Source: Pseudomonadota bacterium (GTDB lineage: Bacteria; Pseudomonadota; Gammaproteobacteria; JAKAQQ01). Taken from it: a stretch of DNA of 11,975 nucleotides. The DNA lies in the NCBI GenBank assembly GCA_027320085.1, contig DAHVLZ010000027.1:1-11975 (forward strand), given 5' to 3'. Positions 1 to 6,691 of this stretch are shown here, in pieces. A program made the position numbers and the translations under genes. The notes under the pieces are model-generated. The model had not been told where the DNA came from and did no database searches. It saw only the letters and a program-made list of their open reading frames with translations. Position 1 is the first letter of the stretch, and the number at the start of each line of letters is the position of its first letter.

Positions 1-3
1 GGC

Positions 4-32
4 TTGACCGGATGGATGGCCCCTGCTAGATT
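4..32 (+). promoter_or_regulatory. Sigma70-type promoter for the riboswitch-btuB-pduO transcript
   Basis: TTGACC (4-9), 17-bp spacer, TAGATT (27-32) with extended -10 TG at 24-25. The expected start (~38-39) coincides with the 5' end of the riboswitch. Confidence 0.75.
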
Positions 33-36
33 GAGC

Positions 37-221
37 TGCCTTTGGCGTTCACCCTCGGGTGAACATGGGAAGCCGGTCTCGTCCGCGGACGTCAAGCCGG
101 CGCTGCCCCCGCAACGGTAGGCGATGGGTCAAGGCATGAAAAACCACTGCGCACGCGCGCGGGAAGGTCATGCCCCTCCTCAACCGAGGACCCTCGCGAG
201 CCCGGAGACCGGCCTCTGGCA
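37..221 (+). ncRNA. Cobalamin (B12) riboswitch aptamer, long class-I-like form
   Basis: P2 hairpin GTTCACCC-TC-GGGTGAAC (47-64); GGGAA-GCCGG...CCGGC-GCTGCCCCCGCAACGGT core (67-118); CCACTG (144-149) ...GGGAAGG (161-167) in the P6 extension; B12-box GAGCCCGGAGACCGGCC (198-214). Lies directly upstream of a BtuB-like gene. Confidence 0.95.
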
Positions 222-342
222 AACATCCTCCGGTGTCGCGGTGGGCGGCCTGAGCAAGCGCAAGCTTCTCGCCAACCCCCCCCACACGCCGGTTCCATCC
301 CGACCACCGGCTTGCGGGCGTGCAGGCCGAGGAGCCTTGACC

Positions 343-2172
343 ATGTCATTCCGATCCACCCTGTCCGTGGCCCTTCTCCTCTCCGCGCTGGTGCCGCTTG
401 CGGCCCGCTCCGAGACCCCCTACCCGCTCAGCCCGATCGTGGTCACGGCCACCCGGACCCCGCTCCCCCTCAATGCCATTCCCCAACCCACGATCGTGAT
501 CACCCGCAAGGAGATCCGGGAGAGCGGGGCTTCCACCGTACCCGGACTGCTGCGCTTCTACGCGGGCCTCGATGTCGCCACCTCGGGCGGTCCCGGGCAA
601 CCCTCCTCGGTTTTCATCCGGGGGGCCAACAGTGCCCAAACCCTCGTGCTCATCAACGGGGTCAAGGTCAACGGCGGCAACATCGGGGAGCCCCCGCTCC
701 AGAACCTCATGCTGGATGACATCCAGCGCATCGTCATCGTCGAGGGACCAACCGCGGCCCTCTACGGTTCGGATGGGATCGGCGGAGTCATCGACATCAT
801 CACCCGGGGAAGCGCCCGGCGGGTCCATGCCCACGTCGGGGTCGGCGGTGGCCGTTTCCGGACGACCGGCGAGAGCGCCGGAATTGCGGACGGCAACGGT
901 ACCGTCCAGGGGGGCGCGAATGTCTCCCATGAGGTGACCGACGGTTTCCCGCCGCAGACCGCAAGCCCGCTCTCCGCGGGATTCACCAATACGACCCTGA
1001 ATGCCTTCCTCCGGGTCAGGATCCCCACGGGCCACCTCGAGCTCCGCCAGTGGCAATCCACGGGGCAGACCGACTATGTGGACTTCAACCTGCAACCGGC
1101 CAGTGAGGATTACAACGACCGCATCCTGAGCCTTGCGGCCCAAAACCAGCTGACCTCCGGCTGGTCCAGCGAATGGCTCATCAGCCGCTACGAAAACGTG
1201 CTGAACCAAAACCAGAAAGACGTGTTCAACCCAAACCAGAGCCCCGACTTTGCGCTGACCCGCCGCTACGCGGCCGACTGGCAGAACAATTTCGTCCTGA
1301 GCGGAACCGACCTCGTCACGGCCGGGATCTCCCTCGAGGACGAACGGACCGCCTCCCTGGTTTTTGGCACGGCCTACGATGCCCACACCTGGACCCGGTC
1401 CATCTATGCCGAAAACGACTGGCACTGGCATCGCTATCGCCTGCTCGCCACCTTGCGGCACTCCGATAACGAGAGTTTCGGCTCCCACAACGAATGGAAC
1501 CTCGGCGGCACGGTCTTTCTCACCCCCGCAAGCCGGATCACCGTGAGCTGGGGCAGCGGGTTCCGGGCCCCGAGCGCGGAAGACCGCTTCGGTTTCGGGG
1601 GCAACCCCAACCTGGCCCCGGAATCCTCCCACGAGGTCGACCTCGGTTTCCACCAGGAAATGGGCGTGTACGGTCACTGGGGCATCGACCTGTTCCAGGA
1701 CACGATCACGAACCTCATCGTCTACCTCGGACCGACGGCGCAATACCCGGAGGGGATCAACGAGAACGTGGACCAGGCCCGGATCCGCGGCGTCGACCTC
1801 AGCTACGGGGCCGGGTTCGGTCCCTGGCGCCTCCGCGCGGAGGCCGTCCTCCAGGATCCCCGTGATCTCGTGAGCGGCGCGCAACTGGCACGACGCGCAA
1901 AGCGCTCCCTCACCACCGCCCTGCACTACCACTGGGCGGGGGGATACGCCGGCATCGAATGGCTGGCCTCGGGGCCCCGGCCCGACTCCCCGTACACGAC
2001 CACGATCGACCCCGGTTACGTCGTGACGGACGCGGTGGCCGGGATCGACCTGTCGCGCCACTGGAGTCTCCAGGCGAGCCTCGTCAACCTGTTCAATGTC
2101 CGCTACACGCAGGTGGCCGGCTATAACACGGAGGGACGGGCAGTCTTTTTTCACGTACTCTGGCACTATTGA
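343..2172 (+). CDS. btuB: TonB-dependent vitamin B12 outer-membrane receptor (609 aa)
   Basis: The listed ORF start (124) lies inside the riboswitch; ATG 343 has SD GAGGAG (329-334) and a signal peptide MSFRSTLSVALLLSALVPLAA. TonB-box-like PIVVTATR; plug motifs SSVFIRG, LVLINGV, ALYGSDGIGGVIDIIT; GNPNLAPESS; C-terminal beta-strand ending in an aromatic residue (VFFHVLWHY). B12 specificity is inferred from the riboswitch and neighbours. Confidence 0.92.
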   Translation: MSFRSTLSVALLLSALVPLAARSETPYPLSPIVVTATRTPLPLNAIPQPTIVITRKEIRESGASTVPGLLRFYAGLDVATSGGPGQPSSVFIRGANSAQTLVLINGVKVNGGNIGEPPLQNLMLDDIQRIVIVEGPTAALYGSDGIGGVIDIITRGSARRVHAHVGVGGGRFRTTGESAGIADGNGTVQGGANVSHEVTDGFPPQTASPLSAGFTNTTLNAFLRVRIPTGHLELRQWQSTGQTDYVDFNLQPASEDYNDRILSLAAQNQLTSGWSSEWLISRYENVLNQNQKDVFNPNQSPDFALTRRYAADWQNNFVLSGTDLVTAGISLEDERTASLVFGTAYDAHTWTRSIYAENDWHWHRYRLLATLRHSDNESFGSHNEWNLGGTVFLTPASRITVSWGSGFRAPSAEDRFGFGGNPNLAPESSHEVDLGFHQEMGVYGHWGIDLFQDTITNLIVYLGPTAQYPEGINENVDQARIRGVDLSYGAGFGPWRLRAEAVLQDPRDLVSGAQLARRAKRSLTTALHYHWAGGYAGIEWLASGPRPDSPYTTTIDPGYVVTDAVAGIDLSRHWSLQASLVNLFNVRYTQVAGYNTEGRAVFFHVLWHY

Positions 2173-2192
2173 AGGGGAAGCCGGAGGCCACC

Positions 2193-2777
2193 ATGGGCTA
2201 TCGCCTGAGCAAGATCTACACCCGGACCGGCGATGACGGGACGACCGGGCTGGGCAACGGGGAACGGGTTTCGAAAACCGACCCGCGGGTCGGGGCGTAT
2301 GGCGCGATCGACGAGCTGAACAGCGTGCTCGGCTGGGTGCGCAGCCATTCGCTGCCTGCGGAAATCGATCTTCTCCTCGTGAACGTGCAGCATGCGCTCT
2401 TTGACATCGGTGCCGAGATCGCGACCCCCGGCCTCCCCCCCCTCCTCCCGACGGAGGCCACCCGGTCGCTCGAAGCGGCCATCGACCACCACAACGCCAC
2501 CCTGCCCCCCCTGGCCGAGTTCATCCTGCCGGGCGGCGGGCCCTGCGCGTCCGCCCTCCACATCGCGCGCACCGTCTGCCGCCGGGCTGAACGGGAAGCC
2601 TCTGCCGCAGGCGACGCGGTGACGCCGGAAAACCGGCGTTACCTCAACCGCCTCTCGGACCTCCTGTTCGTGCTGGCCCGCTGCCTCCTCCGCGAGGAAG
2701 GCGGCCGGGAGGAACTCTGGCACCACAAGCGGGAGAAGAAGCCCCCGGCGGGGACGGCGGGCAGCGGGCCCGGCTGA
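2193..2777 (+). CDS. pduO: ATP:cob(I)alamin adenosyltransferase, PduO/MMAB type
   Basis: ATG 2193 with SD GGAGG. Family motifs KIYTRTGDDGTT, GAIDELNS, EFILPGG, ARTVCRRAER, YLNRLSDLLFVLAR. Confidence 0.93.
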   Translation: MGYRLSKIYTRTGDDGTTGLGNGERVSKTDPRVGAYGAIDELNSVLGWVRSHSLPAEIDLLLVNVQHALFDIGAEIATPGLPPLLPTEATRSLEAAIDHHNATLPPLAEFILPGGGPCASALHIARTVCRRAEREASAAGDAVTPENRRYLNRLSDLLFVLARCLLREEGGREELWHHKREKKPPAGTAGSGPG

Positions 2778-3588
2778 TATCCCGGCAAAGTATCCGGAGT
2801 CCCCGAAGCATGCGGGGGGAGGCCTGGGCCAGCAGGGCGGGCGGGATCAGATCGACGGCGTGATCGCGGACCGCAGCGATTTCAGGAAAGTGTTTCCAGA
2901 AGGCGACCGACCGGCGGTGCCCGACCACGATCAGTCCGGGATCTCGCGCGAGGACTGCGGCCAGTGAAACGGGGAAAGCCAGGTGGGGAACATCCGAAAA
3001 GAGGTTGCCCCCCCCACAGAGCGCAATGGCCCGGCTGATGATCTGGCGGCTGCCGACCGTGTAGAGCGGGTTGCGCCCGATCTCGTAAAAGACCCGGACC
3101 CGCATCCGCCTGCTGTGGCGTTCCCGGAGAGAACGGACGGCGGCCCGGAACCGCGCTGCCACCTGTCGGGCCCTCCGGACCCGGCCCGTGAGCTGGCCGA
3201 TCGCGACCAGCTCACGGGCGATCCCGCGCACATGTCCGGTCCCGAGGATCACCACCCGGAGGTGAAGACGCCGGAGTGCCACGAGGTCGGATGGGGAGGT
3301 CCCGCCTTTCCAGGCCAGGATCCAGGTGGGATGGAGCAGAACGATCCGTGACAGGTCGAGACCGAAGGCATCGCCCACACGGGGCACGCGCCGGGCCGCC
3401 GGGGGATCCCGGCTATAGCGCACCGTGCCCACGAGTTCGGGTCCGGCACCGATATCGAACACCATCGCCGCGAGTGCCGGGGACAGGGTCACGACCCGCA
3501 CGGGCGCGCGGCCGAGAGCCGCGGGGACAGCCGACAGACAGAGGATCGCGCAGGAAAAGACGGGGGCCAGTATCCCGCGAGCGGTCAA
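2644..3588 (-). CDS. btuF: Periplasmic cobalamin-binding protein (BtuF-like, helical-backbone metal receptor fold)
   Basis: Probable TTG start at 3588 after SD GGAGG (3600-3596); hydrophobic signal peptide. Motifs RVVTLSP, LVGTVRYS-D-P, ILAWKGG, PLYTVG, LCGG-NLF, SPR..G...LC, including the Cys pair expected of BtuF. Start uncertain (ORF is open to 3636). The last ~40 aa are a low-complexity tail. Confidence 0.85.
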   Translation of the reverse strand: MTARGILAPVFSCAILCLSAVPAALGRAPVRVVTLSPALAAMVFDIGAGPELVGTVRYSRDPPAARRVPRVGDAFGLDLSRIVLLHPTWILAWKGGTSPSDLVALRRLHLRVVILGTGHVRGIARELVAIGQLTGRVRRARQVAARFRAAVRSLRERHSRRMRVRVFYEIGRNPLYTVGSRQIISRAIALCGGGNLFSDVPHLAFPVSLAAVLARDPGLIVVGHRRSVAFWKHFPEIAAVRDHAVDLIPPALLAQASPRMLRGLRILCRDISRARCPPSPPGASSPACGARVPPGRLPRGGGSGPARTGGPRGG

Positions 3589-3619
3589 GGCCCTCCCTCC
3601 AGGAACTGCCCCGACTCGA

Positions 3620-4498
3620 TCAGAGAATCCACCCACCCAGGGTAAACAGGCCGATCACCACGAGCCAGAGGATGAGTGCACGGGTGGCGATGATGCGTGC
3701 GCGATCCAGCCGCCCCAGGCAATCGGCGGGATCCAGGCCCCCGGCCTCGATCGCGCCGCGGCCGGCACAGGCGAGCACCGCCTCGTTGTTCTCGAAGAAC
3801 CGGCGTTCACACTCGCGGTAGTACGCGCGGAGAACCCGCCAGACACTGTCGAAACTGCCGACCAGACCGTAGCTCACGGCCAGGAGATGGGCCGGAATCC
3901 ACGCCAGAACGCCATGGATGCGCAGGGCGATCTCGGCATGGGGGCTTTTGGTCTCGTGACTGGATTTGGGCTTGAGGGCACAGACCGCATTTTTCGACAA
4001 CCAGAAGAGGACCGCCCCGCTGGGGCCCAGGACCAGGAACCAGAACAGGGGTGCGAACAGCCGGTCATTGATCCGGACCAGGAGGGATTCCGCCACCGCC
4101 TCGGTGCAGGGTTCCTGTCCGGCGGGCGGGGCATCTTCGATCAGGAGGCGCGCGATCCGGGTCGCCGCCAGGTTGTCCTTGTCTTCCACCGCCTGCCGGT
4201 ACTCCTGGATCAGGTGCAGGGCATCGCGGGGACCCAGGCTCATGAGCAGGATCAGGACCGCCGCAATGAAACCCAGAATCGGCGAGAGGGAGGCGAGCCC
4301 GAGCTGGATGCCGTCGACCACGAGTGCCGGGAGGACGACCGCGCACACGGTGAGGACGAGCGCGAACTCGGCCGATCCGCCCGGGATCCGCTTGAGGAGC
4401 CCGAAGTACCCGTTGCCGATCCGGTGGTCCCGGATGGACTCCAGGTGGCGAAGCCCCTGGTCCAGGGCCAAAGTGACGAGAATCGCGATGAAATTCAT
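3620..4498 (-). CDS. ampE: AmpE-like / CobD-CbiB-family integral membrane protein
   Basis: Multiple hydrophobic helices; motifs LLMSLGPRD, NDRLFAPLFWFLVLGP-GAVL, LAWIPAHL...YGLVGSF typical of AmpE/CbiB-related proteins. Function not established. Confidence 0.75.
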   Translation of the reverse strand: MNFIAILVTLALDQGLRHLESIRDHRIGNGYFGLLKRIPGGSAEFALVLTVCAVVLPALVVDGIQLGLASLSPILGFIAAVLILLMSLGPRDALHLIQEYRQAVEDKDNLAATRIARLLIEDAPPAGQEPCTEAVAESLLVRINDRLFAPLFWFLVLGPSGAVLFWLSKNAVCALKPKSSHETKSPHAEIALRIHGVLAWIPAHLLAVSYGLVGSFDSVWRVLRAYYRECERRFFENNEAVLACAGRGAIEAGGLDPADCLGRLDRARIIATRALILWLVVIGLFTLGGWIL

Positions 4499-4561
4499 CG
4501 CTTAATGCGCCTCTGGAAAGCAGCAATGGCCCACATGCGTGCCCTGGACGGAAGACCTTTG

Positions 4562-4590
4562 ATTATCGGCAACCGGAAGCCACTTTTCAA
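4562..4590 (-). promoter_or_regulatory. Putative sigma70 promoter for ampE-btuF
   Basis: Minus strand TTGAAA (4590-4585), 17-bp spacer, GATAAT (4567-4562), about 60 bp upstream of the ampE ATG. Confidence 0.55.
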
Positions 4591-4638
4591 GACGGGCCCT
4601 CTCACGGTTTCCGCAGCCGGGATTTTCACGGGCTGAAC

Positions 4639-4872
4639 GAGGCCCGGATCAGCTTTGTCAAGGACAAGAGTGAGTGGGTGGGGACCGATATCGTGTTCGA
4701 CATCGTCCGTCGGAGCGAGAAGACCGGATTGCATTTCACCCACGTCGGCCTCACGCCCGCCGTGGAATGCTATGGCAAGTGCTCGGGTGCATGGGGCTTC
4801 TACATCAACGAGAGCCTGCGCCCGCTCATCGTCACCGGCAAGGGCCAACCGAACACCGCAGCCGAGGCTTGA
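4639..4872 (+). pseudogene. 5'-truncated SRPBCC/AHSA1-like domain gene remnant (C-terminal half only)
   Basis: The frame reads EARISFVKDKSEWVGTDIVFDI...LHFTHVGLTPAVECYGKCSGAWGFYINESLRPLIVTGKGQP*, matching the C-terminal pattern of SRPBCC/AHSA1 proteins. Similarity extends upstream of GTG 4678, there is no in-frame ATG/GTG/TTG before it, and the N-terminal half is missing. Confidence 0.7.
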
Positions 4873-4951
4873 GCCACCCCCGGGCCGGGGCACTTTCGGA
4901 ACCCGGGTCCTGGGAGCATCAGGTAGTGGGGATCCCGCGCGAAGGCGCCCT

Positions 4952-5380
4952 TCAATGCTTGAGCGATTCGAGGTAGACAGTCACGGCACGCGCATCCCGG
5001 GGACGGAACCGGAATGCCGGCATGGGCGGCCGGGCCCTTTCCCCTGCCGGGTTCAACCCGGTTTCGAGAAAGTGGATCATCTGGGCGGGGCTCCAGCCTT
5101 TGGGCAGACCGGCAATGGCCGGGGCCCTTGCGGCCCAACCGGGCATGGGATGGACCGGCCGGAAGGCAATGAGCGCGCCTTGCAGCTCACGCGCGGCCAG
5201 GGGCCGCCCCGAGGCGTTCCTGGGTGTATGACAGTCCCCGCACATGCCCACCTTGTTCACAAGGTAGCGGCCATCGCGAATCTGCCTGTTGGTACGGGCG
5301 TAACCGGTCGGGCCCGCAACGGCCAGGAACACCATGATCCCGAGCGGCCATCCGCTTTTTCCACTCCACCGTTTGTGCAT
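4952..5380 (-). CDS. Periplasmic monoheme c-type cytochrome (142 aa)
   Basis: ATG 5380, 20 bp after the methyltransferase stop; signal-like N-terminus; GRYL...CGDCHTPR heme motif; FL-TG...RPPMP with candidate distal Met; YL-SL terminus. Confidence 0.88.
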   Translation of the reverse strand: MHKRWSGKSGWPLGIMVFLAVAGPTGYARTNRQIRDGRYLVNKVGMCGDCHTPRNASGRPLAARELQGALIAFRPVHPMPGWAARAPAIAGLPKGWSPAQMIHFLETGLNPAGERARPPMPAFRFRPRDARAVTVYLESLKH

Positions 5381-5400
5381 GGCGGTTTTTCCGGCGGGGT

Positions 5401-6411
5401 TCAGGACTTGTGGGCAACAATCATCGGGGAGTGTGAACCGATGTCGGCGGTTTCGACCCGCGCAAATCCCGCGCCGGTCAGCCACCGGTCGTACTCCTCG
5501 AGGGTATAGGTCCCGCCCTCGAGGGTATGGACCAGCATGTTCAGGGCAAACAGGACCGGATAGGGCGGCCCGGTCCGGTCGGCGTTGGGGACCATGTCGA
5601 TGATCGCGAGCCGCCCGCCCCGACGAAGCGCCCGGTGCAACCGCCCGAACAATTCACGGGACGCATGCTCTCCTTCGGAATGGACGATATTGCCGAGGAG
5701 CGCAAGATCGTACCGCGCCTCCCCGAAATCGACCTGACGCAGGTCGCCCGGGAGGAAATCGTACTGGGCCTCCACCCCATGACGGATGAGGTATCCCCGC
5801 GTCACCTCGAGCAGCGCAGGGAAGTCCTGGGCGGTGATGTGGCTGCGGGAGTTGGCCTGCGCGAAGGCAATGCCCCAGACTCCCGAACCACAGGCGACGT
5901 CCAGAACCCGCAACCCGCAATCGGGCTCGGCCACTCCCAATGCCCGGGCCGCCCGCGAGGCCGGCGCCCGGTTGATGACATGCAGGGTGCGCACGAGATC
6001 CGGGAAAAACTGTCCGGCCTGAGCCTCCTGCTCCACCCGGATCCGGGGCTGCCCCGTGCGCACGGCTTGGGTCAATCCGCCCCACGACTCCCACAGCCAG
6101 TCTTTTTCCCACATCGCCCCGATGTAGTCCGGGGACTCCTTCACCAGGAAGCGTTCGGACAACGCCTTGAGCCCGTAGTTCTCCCCGTTCCGGCTGAGCA
6201 GTCCGAGAGCGCAGAGCGCATCCAGGAGGTATCCCAGGCCACGGCCCGAAGCCCCGGTGGCCCGCACCAGGGCCGGCGCCGTCTTGTGCCCTGCCTGGAT
6301 GAGGGAGAAGAGGCCAAGCTGGACGGCGGTCGTGAGAACACGTGACGGCGCAAAAGACCACCCCATCTGCATGAGCGGTTCCGGATCCAGGTATTCTTTC
6401 TCGTTCTTCAT
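5401..6411 (-). CDS. SAM-dependent methyltransferase, family 2 (O-/N-/C-methyltransferase with N-terminal dimerisation domain)
   Basis: ATG 6411 with SD GGGGGAG; N-terminal wHTH-like dimerisation segment (AVQLGLF...LLDALCALGLL); motif I VLDVACGSG, then DFP, GDL, LRRGGRLAIID, AGF. Substrate unknown. Confidence 0.9.
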   Translation of the reverse strand: MKNEKEYLDPEPLMQMGWSFAPSRVLTTAVQLGLFSLIQAGHKTAPALVRATGASGRGLGYLLDALCALGLLSRNGENYGLKALSERFLVKESPDYIGAMWEKDWLWESWGGLTQAVRTGQPRIRVEQEAQAGQFFPDLVRTLHVINRAPASRAARALGVAEPDCGLRVLDVACGSGVWGIAFAQANSRSHITAQDFPALLEVTRGYLIRHGVEAQYDFLPGDLRQVDFGEARYDLALLGNIVHSEGEHASRELFGRLHRALRRGGRLAIIDMVPNADRTGPPYPVLFALNMLVHTLEGGTYTLEEYDRWLTGAGFARVETADIGSHSPMIVAHKS

Positions 6412-6489
6412 GTGCAACTCCCCCCGGGTTTGCGGGGCCGGCCTGTACCGGCGGAAGGCATTGAACCCGTTTTATCTCATTTTCGACAG

Positions 6490-6518
6490 ATCTTAACGCA
6501 GCCCTTGGAACGCTTCAA
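6490..6518 (-). promoter_or_regulatory. Putative sigma70 promoter for the methyltransferase-cytochrome c pair
   Basis: Minus strand TTGAAG (6518-6513), 17-bp spacer, TAAGAT (6495-6490) within an AT-rich intergenic patch. Confidence 0.55.
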
Positions 6519-6631
6519 GTAACCCGTTATAGATTGATTTTACGGGAAAATCCGCGTGCTGCCCCCATGTCCGGTTCCGTTTTCCGTTTCCGGATCAAGA
6601 ATGGGAAAAGGTCCGGTTTTTCGCCCAGGGA

Positions 6632-6675
6632 TTGAGACCACCCGCTGCGTTCCCATGCAGAAGGGGCGGCCTCAA
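6632..6675 (-). other. Strong RNA stem-loop downstream of the ABC-peptidase gene (3'-end or terminator-like, no U-tract)
   Basis: Minus strand TTGAGGCCGCCC-CTT-CTGC [ATGGGAAC] GCAG-C-GGGTGGTCTCAA. Two stem positions pair as G-U only on the minus strand. It starts 17 nt after the stop codon. Confidence 0.5.
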
Positions 6676-6691
6676 GTTCGGGGGTTCCGCA

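Noticed and set aside
124-342. N-terminal extension of the btuB ORF and the small minus-strand ORFs at 49-349
   Set aside because: They overlap the riboswitch; the SD and signal peptide support ATG 343.
346-2166. 606-aa antisense ORF opposite btuB
   Set aside because: In-register shadow of a high-GC3 gene; no recognisable motifs; its limits mirror btuB.
3425-5509. Plus-strand ORFs 3425-4636 and 4655-5509, and minus-strand ORF 4495-4893 as a possible ampD
   Set aside because: They overlap better-supported genes; 4495-4893 has no amidase motifs and spans the ampE promoter.
6570-6593. Short TCCG(T)n tandem run
   Set aside because: Too short and degenerate to call a repeat element.
6412-6691. 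SAM or SAH riboswitch upstream of the methyltransferase
   Set aside because: No match to the SAM-I, SAM-II or SAH consensus as I know them; the predicted promoter leaves only a ~70-nt leader.
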